Positions 26,603-40,927 of a DNA stretch of 64,000 bases are shown in pieces (position 1 is the first letter of the stretch; each line of letters begins with the position of its first letter). The stretch comes from the human T2T-CHM13v2.0 reference genome, Homo sapiens. The stretch lies in the NCBI RefSeq assembly GCF_009914755.1, contig NC_060944.1; one strand, given 5' to 3'. A program made the position numbers and the translations under genes. The notes beneath the pieces were generated by a model, which saw only the letters and a program-made list of their open reading frames with translations, searched no databases and was not told the DNA's origin.

Positions 26603-26850
26603 GCTGACACGGTGTGTTCTGTTTGTGAACACTCGTTGAGCTGGGCTGACACGGTGTGTTCTGTTTGTGAACACTCCTTGAGCTGGGCTGACATGGTGTG
26701 TTCTGTTTGTGAACACTCCTTGAGCTGGGCCGACACGTTGTGTTCTGTTTGTGAACACTCGTTGAGCTGGGCTGACATGGTGTGTTCTGTTTGTGAACAC
26801 TCGAGCTGGGCTGACACGGTGTGTTCTGTTTGTGAACACTCGTTGAGCTG
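26603..26850. repeat. 42-bp VNTR, ~6 copies, just upstream of exon 9
   Basis: Unit GCTGACACGGTGTGTTCTGTTTGTGAACACTCGTTGAGCTGG. Confidence 0.95.
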
Positions 26851-26892
26851 CACATATGCTACGTGCACTTCTCTGTGCATATTTACACTTAA

Positions 26893-27192
<300 letters not shown>

Positions 27193-27389
27193 TGATACTC
27201 GGTGTAAAGTTACTGCCCCCCTAATATCCAAGGGTAGAGGCAGGTAACCCAACCTGCTGGAGGCAGACACAACCTTCACAAGGACCTGTCATGTGACCTT
27301 CAGGGGCTTGGCAGACCCCCCAAAAATACCCTCCCATTCCCTTTTCAATGTCTATATATTCACTCCCACCCCCTAATCTAGTAATGGGC

Positions 27390-27840
27390 GAATTTCATTA
27401 TTAGAATTCCTAATGTTAAACCATCTTTGCATTCCTGAGACAGATCCCACTGAGTAGTGAGGTAATATTTTGTAACACATTGAAGAATTTGTTTTGCTGA
27501 TATTTGAAGTTTTTCATGTACTTTTCTGGGTGATTTAGGCCTATAGCGTCCTCATCTGGGTTTTGGTATCAAGGTTACAGACTAATCTCAAGAGTTTTTC
27601 TGTCCCAGAGACAGGTCTTATGATGCTGTAATAATCTGTCCCCTGAATGTTTCATCACACTGTGCTGTGAAGCCATTGAGTAGCTGTAGATTTTGTCTTT
27701 TTGGTCGTGCTTCTTTTTGTTTTGGAGAGAGATCGGTTTGTAACTACTGGTTCAATTTCTTTGATGGTTTTGGTCAGATATGTTTTTCTAGAAAAGTGTC
27801 CATTTAATCTAAATTTTCAAATTTACTTATAAAGGCCTAT
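27390..27840 (-). mobile_element. Old L1M internal fragment (AT-rich)
   Basis: aatgttaaaccatctttgcattcctgagacagatcccact...ggttttggtatcaaggtta...catttaatctaaattttcaaattta. Confidence 0.65.
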
Positions 27841-28070
27841 CATTATAGTAGTAGTGATTCAGTCTTCTAATCTAACTCTTTTTCTACACTCATAATTCAT
27901 ATTCCCCTGGAAGGGCAGATTGGGAATTATATCATAACACTTAGCAATCGTTTACAACTTAGTGTGAAGAAGTTTAGCAGCTATTGTCCCAAAACAATTT
28001 TGAATAGGACTAAGAAGAAAAGAGCAAGAGCACATTGGGCATTTTTAGAGAAAAGGAGGGGTGACAGAAT

Positions 28071-28406
28071 GGTGAGCTTAAAGCTGGGTAGGATCTGCCG
28101 AAGCGTAAGGAAAAGCAAGATGAGCTTAAAGCTGGATAGGATATGCCAAAGCGTAAGGAAAAGCAAGATGAGCTTAAAGCTGGATAGGATATGCCAAAGC
28201 ATAAGGAAAAGCAAGGTGAGCTTAAAGCTGGATAGGATATGCCGAAGCGTAAGGAAAAGCAAGGTGAGCTTAAAGCTGGATAGGATATGCCGAAGCGTAA
28301 GGAAAAGCAAGGTGAGCTTAAAGCTGGATAGGATATGCCGAAGCGTAAGGAAAAGCAAGGTGAGCTTAAAGCTGGATAGGATATGCCAAAGCGTAAGGAA
28401 AAGCAA
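28071..28406. repeat. 48-bp VNTR, 7 near-identical copies
   Basis: Unit GGTGAGCTTAAAGCTGGATAGGATATGCCGAAGCGTAAGGAAAAGCAA. Confidence 0.96.
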
Positions 28407-28454
28407 GTTTCATTTTGAGTTGGATCATTTAGAAATTTCCTTCAGCAGCCCAGA

Positions 28455-28800
28455 GCAGAGACTTAACCACAGAAATTTAAATACTCGAGAGTTGTATTCT
28501 CTCACGTGAGAGGAGTCTGAGGTGGGCAGTTGGGGCCAATGTCACAGCTGCACAATCAACAGAAACCCTGGCTGCTTCTATCCTCTGCTCTGCTGTGCAC
28601 ACCTTTCAGCTTCTAGGGCCCCTCGTGGTCCAAAATGGCTACTAGAGCACCAGCCATTACGAGACTTTTACAGGCGGTAGGAAATCAAAAAGGGGGGAAG
28701 AATGGCTCACCCCTCCTTTATTAAGGGACCTTCCCAGAACACCTGTTCACATCTTCTGGGGCAGAGTTTAGTCACATGGCCATTCTTAGCCAGAGAAGAC
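28455..28800 (-). mobile_element. MLT1J/K-like LTR relic
   Basis: ttgtattctctcacgtgagaggagtctgaggtgggcag...ccaaaatggctactagagcaccagccatt...tttagtcacatggcca. Confidence 0.55.
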
Positions 28801-30700
28801 ACTGCATAACATAATTATGGAAACATATCCCAAACTTCTCCTAAGGAAGAGGGGAGCTAGATGTTAGGAGATCACAGGGGAAGAAAATAGGCTTTCTCCA
28901 GGATCTGTGTCTTTTCTCAACACCCCAAAGTCATCTTTTTCCTTTTCTTAATAACCTCTTTTGTAAGCAAGCTAGTGAAGACCAGTTCTCCTGAAAAATC
29001 TTATAAATTCTTCATCATTTTTATTTTATGAAATATTCAAACATACACACAAGCAGAAATAATAGTGAAATGAACTTCCGTATACCCATCACCTAGATTT
29101 AATTAACATTGTGCTACATTTACTAAATCTTTTTATTTTGGCTGATATGTTTGAAAGTAAATTAGCATGTCACAGCATTCCAGCCCTAACTCTGTATAAG
29201 CTTTCTTCTTCAAGAGAGGCTATTTTTTCACCGTAAAAGATAGTTCTTAGAGAAGAGGCAAAATACACGTTTCACTTCCCCTCTAATTATGAATTTTCAG
29301 AGTGAGGTATTAGCACAGCCGGGCCCCCAGTGGCAAAGTCAGATCTGTGTGCGCAGGGACTGGGCATGGTGAGGAAGGATGTGGCAAACCCTTTCTCCTT
29401 TTCTCTGGGCGCATTTGACCTCAAGCTAACATTCTAGCTCTGGCCTCTAGAAACCCACAAGGTGAATCGTCAGCTGCTTTGCTGGCAACGTTGCTCATGG
29501 GAAGGTGATGGAGACTGGATGTGACATGCAGGCAGAGGAGAGGAGTGAGCCGTGAGCCCAGAGCTGGCTGGGGCCTTCCCCAGTGAGTAGCGAGCCTCGG
29601 CCCATCTCCTGCTTGTGATTCCAAGGAGGTATCTCTGACTCCCACAGCTCGGATTCTGTGGCCTTCACGGGGAGCACAACGGGCAGCCCCCGGCCCCAGG
29701 AGATCAGCACCTGTCTCACCTCCCCTGCCCTTGGAGGGCCACTTCTGTAGCTGGAGCACACACAGCCCCGCCACCTTCATCAGCCCAACATAGATCAGAA
29801 AGGGCCGGTACCAAGGAAGAAGGCTGGCTCGATGTGGTGGGGAAAGCCTGACCCCTAAGGACTCCAGGGAAGGTGGCTTCCTGCCCAGCCCAGGGGCTGG
29901 TGGCCTCAGCCGTCATGTGCCTGCCTGGCCCTATCTGCGCGGAGCATCACAGCCACGGAAAGTGGAAGAGCACAGCCAACTTCAGGGAAGCGCCAGTGTC
30001 TTGGGACTGCATGGGCCTCGTGGCACTGGGCCAGGCCCTCAGCAGGCCCACGGAGCCCCTTGGCAGGCCCACGGAGCCCTCTTCTGTTCTTCAGAGAGGA
30101 GCCACTGGTTCCAAGCATATAGCACAGACTAGACTGTGGGGCATGGACTGAGGGTCCCAGGAGGGCCTGGGCACCGCCACCCCGGGAACTGATTCCTGAG
30201 ATGGGAAATCATCCCCTTCCGGTTCTTCCTCCAGCTGGGGATGCTCCTGAGAAGGCCGCTGGGAGAGTAACTCCTCCAGGGCTCAGCTGCTTGGCAGCCA
30301 TATCCTCACAGCAGGAAGGCCCTGGCTGGCAGGTGGGTGGGGCATGAATTTTGGAGGCAGAGAGGAGGTGCTGACAGCAGCCAGGTGGGCACAGCCGGGC
30401 ACATTCACTGACCTATTGCCATGTGACAGCTTGGCAGCGGGCCACCCTCTGCTGAGTTTGTGCCACGTCCCTTCCCCTAGCCATCAGGGTCTCCTGTCCA
30501 GCTCCACCCTCTCCTTGTCAGGCCTCTGTCTACGTGGTGAGAATGGGGTTTCCCGAAGCATGTCTACAGAACGCTGGTTCTCAGGATGTTGATGAGTGCT
30601 GCCTGCGAGCCACGTTCACAGCTAAAATCTCCCCACCACCTGTGCCTCCTGCCCCCCCACAGCCAGTCAACATCAGTGGCACTGAGGCCATTGAGGGGCC

Positions 30701-31140
30701 TGTGAAAGGAAGATGAAACCTCAGGACCCCAAACCCACTATGCCAAGGGAAGTGGAGCATGGGGACTGAGTCTCACGATGCTGCCTCCCTTCTGTGGCCA
30801 CACAGGTAGCTGGGGCTTCACACACCTACCCCGGCTTCTGTGAAACGTGGATCCACTGAGCACTAAGCAGAGCCTCGCAAGGATGTAGCCACTGTCTCAT
30901 TGCCTACCCGGCCCCCGCTTTTTTCTCCTTTCCTCCTCCCTCTCCTGTCTGCTCTTTCCTCTTTAAATATTGAAGTCCTCAAAACCCTCTTTGGGAAAAG
31001 CACAGGACACAGATCCCACTGGGACTTGTGCTTCTTCTTCCCGGGTGCGGGCTCAGCCTCGGCAGAATAACCCTGGAATCAACGGAGATCGGTGCGGGCT
31101 CAGCCTCAGCAGAATAACCCTGGAATCGACTCAGATCTTG
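30701..31140 (+). mobile_element. MER4-family (ERV1) solo LTR with a duplicated 48-bp 3' segment
   Basis: Starts tgtgaaaggaagatgaaacctcaggaccccaaacccactatgccaaggga; contains ctttaaatattgaagtcctcaaaaccctctttgggaaaagcacagg. Confidence 0.7.
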
Positions 31141-32094
31141 CAGGCCCCATCCCTCAGGTGGGAGGCTTGGAGACCTGCCATGCTCAGGAGAACAAACATA
31201 GCCCCTGCCTGGTACCCCGCATCTCCCACCAGAGCAACAGAAACTAGAAAGGTGCTGCCACTCCACACCCACAGGCGGGCTGGCACCCACCAGCAGAAAC
31301 CCAGATGTGAAAATCTGCAGATTTTCAGATTTGGGGCTTGGGGTGCATTTTACCTTTTCACAGCTGCCGTCTTCCCCACTGGGCACAAGGAGGAGCAAAC
31401 CAAGTTCCTACAGCACTGCCTGCTGCATGTGCCTGGAGGGCTGCAGCTGGCTCAAGTCTTCATGACCTAGAGAACTAGTGCCGTCCCTATTTCTGCACTT
31501 CTCCAGATCTCCAGCACCCTGAAACTCCCAGGGAGCCTCAGGCCAGGCCCCAATGTGATCAGCTACAGTGACGTTGGGCACCGATACCAGGTGTGCCATC
31601 CTCACCCCCATCTCACTTGGTCCTCACGCCCACCAAGGAGGTGCTATTCTTGTCCCATTTCACAGATGGCATAACTGGGAGCCCACACACAGGATCACAC
31701 AGTGGGGACTGTACAAGCTGGGGCTGGAACCTGCTACCTCTGCCATAAAGCCATCTGTTAACCGTCCAGGTTCCTCGCTGGCCCTGCCTATCTGACTGAG
31801 CCAAGGTGTCTGTGTGTGTTCAGGACAACGTTCCACAGGTTTGAGGCCGAGGCTGAGGGCTGGCTGGGCTGTGTCTGCTCAGAAACCAGTCCTCTTCCAG
31901 GGCATCCTGGCAAGGCCAGATGGTACCGTCTGACCAGCCTGAAACCTTCCTAGTGCCATGAGGAGGGGACACGGAGGCTTGAGGAGGGGTCCAAGGCCTC
32001 CTGAGGCAGCATGAAACTCTGACCCAGCTGACGGTCCCCAGCCCAGGGGCCCTGAGACCCCATGATGCCTCTCCCCAGCTGTAAGCCCAAGTCC

Positions 32095-32450
32095 TATAAT
32101 GGGAAGCTGCTCAGCCGTCAAAAGGAACAAACGGGAGATCCATGTGACACGCGATGGGTCTCCAGTGCATCACACTAAGTGAGATGAGTCAGAACCAAAA
32201 GGTGGCCTGTTGCATGCCCCCATCTGCAGAACATCCCGGAAAAGACAAAACTGTGGGGACAGAAAACCCTTCAATGCTTTGCTGGTGGGTGGAGAGGAAG
32301 GGACTGCAAAGGCACAGCATGAGAGAAGCGTGGAGGAGACGGGACTCTCCTGCACCTTGGCCGTGGGGCTGGCCGTGCTTCCGTACACTTGTTAACATTC
32401 CTGAGAGTGACTCTTACTGCATGTCAATTTTCAAATAAATTTTAAAATTT
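32095..32450 (+). mobile_element. Old L1 (L1MB/MC-like) 3' end fragment
   Basis: tcagccgtcaaaaggaac...cactaagtgagatgagtcaga...aaagacaaaactgtggggacagaaaac. Confidence 0.7.
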
Positions 32451-32864
32451 GAGGAGCTGAGAGCACAGACTTGCAGCCACACTGTCCCCAAAGAGTCATG
32501 GGTCATTGTGTCCTAGGTAGAATTCAACAGGAGAGCCACACTTTTTCTTTTTTCTTTCATTTTTATTCTTACTCCATATAGTGCTTTTCTCTGAAGTTTC
32601 AATTTAGAATCTGTTTAAGGTGTGTATTTAGTCTGGGGATGCTTCGCCTTAGAAAACATTTCCAAAATTGGTTTTGCATTCTTTGGTAGAGACGTCGTCT
32701 TTTCAGGCATTCTCTTTCGGAGCAGGGGAGTGGGGTGGAGGGGAGGGGTTGGGGAGTGGCGGGTGGTGTGGGAGGTAGAAGGCCAGTGCAGGGACCCCAA
32801 GGCCCAGCCCACAGGAGATGTCCAGTATCTTGAGGGCATCTGTTCTTAGATTCCCACGCTAGCT

Positions 32865-33060
32865 CTTTGCTCACTTACCCCTGGCATGGACCAGCCACTT
32901 AATCTCTCTGTGCCTCAGTTACCTCAAACATAAAATGATGCAAATTGTGGGGCCTATGCCCAGAGGCTTATGACTCACACTGAAATAGACCCTGGATATA
33001 AATGATTTGGCACAGTGCCCGGCACAAGGTAAGGACTGAATCAATGGTATTAGCTGCTGT
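32865..33060 (+). mobile_element. MIR SINE
   Basis: cacttaatctctctgtgcctcagttacctc...aaaatg...gcacagtgcccggcaca core. Confidence 0.7.
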
Positions 33061-35268
33061 CGTCATCATAACCATTCTCGTTATCATCATCATCATCCTC
33101 ATCGTCTTCATTGTCACTGCTGTCCCGAGCTGGGGAGAGGCTCCTGATCATTCTCCCTGCTTAGTTCCCCAGAGCATGAAGGTTACTTTAATTCCATGAA
33201 GGGTCCCCTGAGTCCCTCAGAAGAGCAGGCACCATATCATGTATGTACACTGCAGACCTGACCAGGTCACTGCTCCCAACCTTCAGTAGTTTATAGTCTG
33301 CAGAGGGGATGGTGAGGAGGAATCAGTGAAATATTTTGTCAGGTACACACTGGAAGCCCCAAATCCAGCAATGCAGCAGTGTGCTCTTTCCTTCTCTAAA
33401 CCGACTTAGCTTCTGTTTCTAGCTGGGTCCCCCCAGGTGGTGGTAAGTGGTAGACTGGCATCTCTTCTGCCTCCCTTTTCACACAGTTGTGTCTATGCTC
33501 TGGGCTGATGCAGTGCCCTGTGCAGGGAAGGAGAGCACTCCTGGGCAACTGTCAGAGGTGTTTGGTCACCTCTGTTCTCAGCCATCAGTCACCCAAATCC
33601 TGGCTGCATCATCCTTCACTTCTGCGGTCCAGCTCGGCCACTGTCAAAAGAAGTCCACAGGCATCTCGGGCACGTCATCCAGATCTGTCCTGCCCCACAC
33701 TCCCAATTCCATCTCCCTAGCCATACCAGCCGGGGATGAGGAATGCGCCTTGCCACCTCCCAGGCTCTACCTGAGGTGGGCACACAGCTTCTCCGCTCTC
33801 AGGTCCCCAAACCCAAATACCATCTGTTACCATCATACCCTCCTCAGGGCCCAGCACGGCCTCTTGTCTCCCTCCTCCAGTTGTGAAATCTTATCTTGAA
33901 GGAGCAAGGCCCAGGTCCAGGCTCATCCCAGGTTCTTTCTCGTCTTACCCATGGCCCTCAGTTTTAAAGCTAAAAAGCCAAGAACCGGCCTTTGCCACTT
34001 CCCCTTCGGGCAGCAACAGAGCTGGCCTTCCTGTGGGAGGCTCGCAGGTGGGAATTCCAGGGAGAGCAGGTCAGTGATGGGGTCAGTTCAGGCAACTCCT
34101 CCCCAAGACAGGGGCGCAGAGTGAGACTTTGATTGGAAGCTCCTGAGCCTCCCATCGGAGGGGAGCAGGGCAGACGTCCTGGTGTGTCCCCACCTGGTCC
34201 TGCCCACTCCGCCCAGCCGGTGCTGGAGCTGCTGCTCAGGCACACGCCCAGCTGCTCACCTCTGAGTGAAGGGTCATGGCCACGTGTGGGCGGCAGCCAT
34301 GCTGAGCCTCAGCGAGTATATCCAGCCACCCTAATCGAAACTGCTGGAGCAAATTACCTATTGATTTCTCCATTACAAATGTGTTTTATTTTATCTTCCT
34401 GTGGGCTTTTATTGGCCATAATCATCTTTCTGGAAGGCCTCCTTGCTCAGGCTGGTGACACGATTTTTTAACGCATGACATGCAGCATTATTCCATGTCC
34501 CCGGGAACATGAGCCAATAAATATGGGAGAAAGACCACTTCCCTCAGGGGCTTGTTCATAGCGCTACCACGACGTGATGAAACAGTCTAGCCACATGAGT
34601 GGCCCCGTCCCAGCCAGCTGCTGGAGGGCCTGGGGGGGCAGCTGCAGGTGTTGGCATGGACAGCTCTGGGGGGGACCCCAACACGATGTGGGTGCAGGCA
34701 GGTGCTGGGAGCTTGGAGGCATCTGGAGTCCAGAGACAGAGGGACCAAGGCCAGACCTGGGGGTACCTGAGACCCCTGGTAGAACCTTTCAGAGGAGTGT
34801 GCTGGGTTATTCTGGATCAGGCGTCCCTTCAGGCTTGCAGTCAGCTTGGGCTGTGGAAGGTTCTGCAGGGTGACAGCTGCAGGTGTGAGGCCCCTGTGTG
34901 GCACACACAACCCCAAGATGGGCCTGGGCAGTGGTGGTGAACAAGGGGGTGCCCACTCCCTATATCCCCCAGGCACCTATGGGGCACAGATGAACCACAC
35001 TGGCGCTGTGCTGGACGCTGGGGAGGCGGAGGTACAGGGCACAGCCCCTGCCCCAGGGGTGGCAGAGTCAGGGTGGGGGTCATGAACCAACGCAGTGAGA
35101 GGTGACAGCGTGCATCAGGGAGCCACGAGGCATCTCACTCAGGACTCAGGGAGGCTAGCAGGGACCACCCCTTCCTTCAGAGGGACAAGGAGACCACCCC
35201 TGGGGAGGATGAGGGCTCACCTAAGCGTGGTGTCGCGGTGATTGCGTGGAAGCGTGGTATTGCAGTGA

Positions 35269-35727
<459 letters not shown>

Positions 35728-36256
35728 TGATGTGATTTTTAAATTTCTTCTTTTTGTACTGAAATATCTTATTCAGTAGCAGTGCCGAGAAGTCCTGAGT
35801 GTGACATACCAGATTATGTGGTTGTTCCTGCTTGGAAAGATCAGGCCCTGAGAGGCTGTGGTGGCCCCGGAGATGGGGTGGAGTTGGATCTGTTCAGACT
35901 CAGGTGCTTCACTGCCGGCCCCAAGCATGGGGAGTGGGGTTCAAAACAGCACCTTGTGGGTGGAACACCCCAGGTTCCTTCCTGTCTCACCTGAGGCCCT
36001 CAGCTTATGAAGCTCCAAAGCCACAAACTGGCCTTTTCCGCTCCACTGTAGACAGTGCCTGGCCTGCCTGCCTGCAGGTGGTTCACGAGGGGTGGGAACG
36101 TGGGGACATCACATCAGTGGCGGGACATGGTGCCCTCATGCTTCTTGGGGAAAGCTGATTGATTCCTCCAGCAGATAAGTTCCTCTCTAAGTGGAAATGT
36201 CTTACACTGTTTATCATGAAAGTTTCCAGGCATTCCTAGAAGTAGGAGGAACCTGC

Positions 36257-38395
36257 ATAATTGCGTGGAAGCGCTGTGTCATGATGATTGCGTGGAAGCA
36301 TGTCATGGTTGCGTGGAAGCGTGGTGTCGCGGTGATTGCATGGAAGCGTGTTGTGATTGTGTGGAAGTGTGTCGTGATTGCATGGAAGCGTGTGATTGTG
36401 TGGAAGCATGGTGTCGCGGTGATTGCATGGAAGCTTGTGATTGTGTGGAAGCATGGTATCGTGATTATGTGGAAGCGTGGTGTCACGGTGATTGCGTGGA
36501 AGCGTGTTGTGATTGTGTGGAAGCGTGGTATCGCGGTGATTGCATGGAAGTGTGGTGTCACAGTGATTGCGTGGAAGCGTGTCGTGATTGTGTGGAAGCA
36601 TGGTATCGTGATTGTGTGGAAGCGTGGTGTCACGGTGATTGCGTGGAAGCATGTTGTGATTGTGTGGAAGCGTGGTGTGATTGTGTGGAAGCATGGTATC
36701 GTGATTGTGGAAGCGTGGTATCGCGGCGATTGTGTGGAAGCGTGGTGTCGCAGTGATTGCGTGGAAGCATGTTGTGATTGTGTGGAAGCGTGGTATCGTG
36801 ATTGTGTGGAAGCATGGTGTCGTGATTGTGTGGAAGCATGTCGTGATTGTGTGGAAGTGTGATGTCACGGTGATTGCGTGGAAGCGTGTTGTGATTGTGT
36901 GGAAGCGTGGTATCGTGATTGGAAGTGTGGTGTCACGCTGATTGCATGGAAGTGTGTTGTGATTGTGTGGAAGCGTGATATCGCAGTGATTGTGTGGAAG
37001 CGTGGTGTCACGGTGATTGTGTGGAAGCGTGGTGTCACGGTGATTGCGTGGAAGCGTGTTGTGATTGTGTGGAAGCGTGGTATCGTGATCGGAAGCGTGG
37101 TGTTGCGGTGATTGCATGGAAGCATGTTGTGATTGTGTGGAAGCATGGTATCGTGATTGTCTGGAAGCATGGTGTCATGGTGATTGGAAGTGTGTCGTGA
37201 TTGGAAGCGTGTCACGGTGATTGCGTGGAAGCGTGGTTTTGTGATTGCATGGAAGCATGACGTCACAGTGACTGCGTGGAAGCGTGGTGTCATGGTGACT
37301 GCGTGGAAGCATGGTGTCACAGTGATTGCATGGAAGCGTGGTGTCACAGTGATTGCATGGAAGCGTGTCATGATTGTGTGGAAGCATGGTATCGTGATTG
37401 TGTGGAAGCGTGGTGTGATTGGAAGCGTGGTGTCATAGTGATTGCATGGAAGCGTGTCGTGATTGTGTGGAAGCGTGGTGTCGCGGTGATTGTGTGGAAG
37501 TGTGGTGTGATTGCGTGGAAGCGTGTCTTGGTGATTGCATGGAAATGTGTGATTGCATGGAAGCGCAGTGTCACGGTGATTGTGTGGAAGCGTGTCATGG
37601 TGATTATGTGGAAGTGTGGTGTCGTGATGATTGCATGGAAGCACCGTGTCATGGTGATTGTGTGGAAATGTGGTGTGATTGCGTGGAAGCGTGGTGTCAC
37701 AGTGATTGCATGGAAGCGTGGTGTCACAGTGACTGCATGGAAGCGTGGTGTCGTGATGATTGCATGGAAGCGTGGTGTCACGGTGATTGCATGGAAGCGT
37801 GGTGTGGTGATTGCATGGAAGCATGGTGTCACAGTAATTGCATGGAAGCGTGGTATCATGGTGATTGCGTGGAAGCGTGGTGTCGTGATTGCATGGAAAC
37901 GTGTGATTACATGGAAGCATGGTGTCACAGTAATTGCATGGAAGTGTGGTGTCATGGTGATTGCATGGAAGCGTGGTGTCGTGGTGATTGCATGGAAGCA
38001 TGGTGTCACAGTAATTGCATGGAAGCATGTCATGGTGATTGCGTGGAAGTGTGGTGTCGTGATTGCATGGAAGCGTTGTGTCACAGTAATTGCATGGAAG
38101 CGTGTCATGGTGATTGCGTGGAAGCGTGGTGTCGTGATTGCATGGAAGCATTGTGTCACAGTAATTGCATGGAAGCGTGGTGTCACGGTGATTGTGTGGA
38201 AGCGTGGTGTCATGATTGCATGGAAGCGTGGTGTCACAGTGATTGCATGGAAGCGTGGTGTCGTGATTGCATGGAAGCACTGTGTCACAGTAATTGCATG
38301 GAAGCATGGTGTCACGGTGATTGCGTGGAAGCGTGGTGTCACAGTGATTGCATGGAAGCGTGGTGTCATGGTGATTGCATGGAAGCATGGTGTTG
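36257..38395. repeat. ~2.1 kb intron-9 minisatellite, variable ~20-27-bp unit GTGATTG(CA/CG/TG)TGGAAGCGTGGTGTCAC(A/G)
   Basis: Directly visible; generates the VIAWKRG/CMEAWC/TPRFHAIT repeat ORFs. Confidence 0.97.
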
Positions 38396-38520
38396 TGTAA
38401 ATCTCACAGTGATAGGCACGCTGCTGCGTGGCAATCTGCACTTTTTGCAGGAGTACGTTTTTTTAATTACCAGACCTCATGATCCTCCGCACCTAAATCT
38501 GTCAGAATGCATCACCCTCA

Positions 38521-38829
<309 letters not shown>

Positions 38830-38849
38830 TCAAAGCTCTATGATAAGAA

Positions 38850-39290
38850 ATAGAGAGCAAACTCACAAACTCACACTCCCAGCTGTGACCCTGACCCCAT
38901 TCCTTCCCTCTGATAACGATGATCATTTTTATTAGTTTTTGGTTTATCCTCACGATGTTTCTTTCTGCAAATATGAGCAAATACATATACAAATCATATT
39001 TTTCTCTCTCTTTTGCACAAAAGGTGCACACTATGTGGGTTGCTTTTTTGCCCACCAGTAGATCCTGGAAAGCTCTCCTCTTCAGTACACAGAGGTTGTT
39101 CTCTTTCCTCTTTACGGCTGCAAGTGTCTCCCCATGCAGATGTACTGCAGGCTGTGCAGCCCACCATTGCTGATGGATGTTTGGGTCGTTTCCAGCATAT
39201 TGTCTCGACAGATACTACGCAATGAATACTCTTATGCATATGTTACTTTGCACGTATCTAAGCAGAATATTTTAATGCAATTGAGACACA
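38850..39290 (-). mobile_element. Old L1ME-like fragment
   Basis: ttgctgatggatgtttgggtcgtttccagcat...caatgaatactctt. Confidence 0.55.
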
Positions 39291-39559
39291 ATGTGTTGTG
39301 TTTTTTTCCAGTGAAACTGTTGCAAGCTTTGCCATTGAACGTCTCAGGGCCCCAAGCTTTTTCCATGTAACTTCCCTCCCTCCCCAAAATGTGTAGGAAA
39401 GGCTTGAGCGAAGCTTTTCTGATAATACAGCATCACTGCAGAACCGTAGCTCTAGCGTTTATCAGCCAGGGTCCTGGTGCACCAGAAGGGCACCAAAGAA
39501 TTGTGTGAATGCAGGGGCCAAGTGCAGCAGTGATGGGAACTGCAGACCTGGCATGGTTC

Positions 39560-40105
<546 letters not shown>

Positions 40106-40156
40106 AACTGGTGAGGCCCCGCTGGCCAACAACGTCAGGAGCCTTCCCCACACTAG

Positions 40157-40927
<771 letters not shown>

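Noticed and set aside
26611-26625. Steroid-receptor response elements in the 42-bp VNTR (TGTTCT)
   Set aside because: Only a half-site is present; there is no correctly spaced partner half-site (3-nt spacer).
27964-28509. 181-aa Lys/Arg-rich protamine- or histone-like ORF
   Set aside because: It starts at GTG, its length comes from the 48-bp VNTR, and it lies among transposon relics in an intron.
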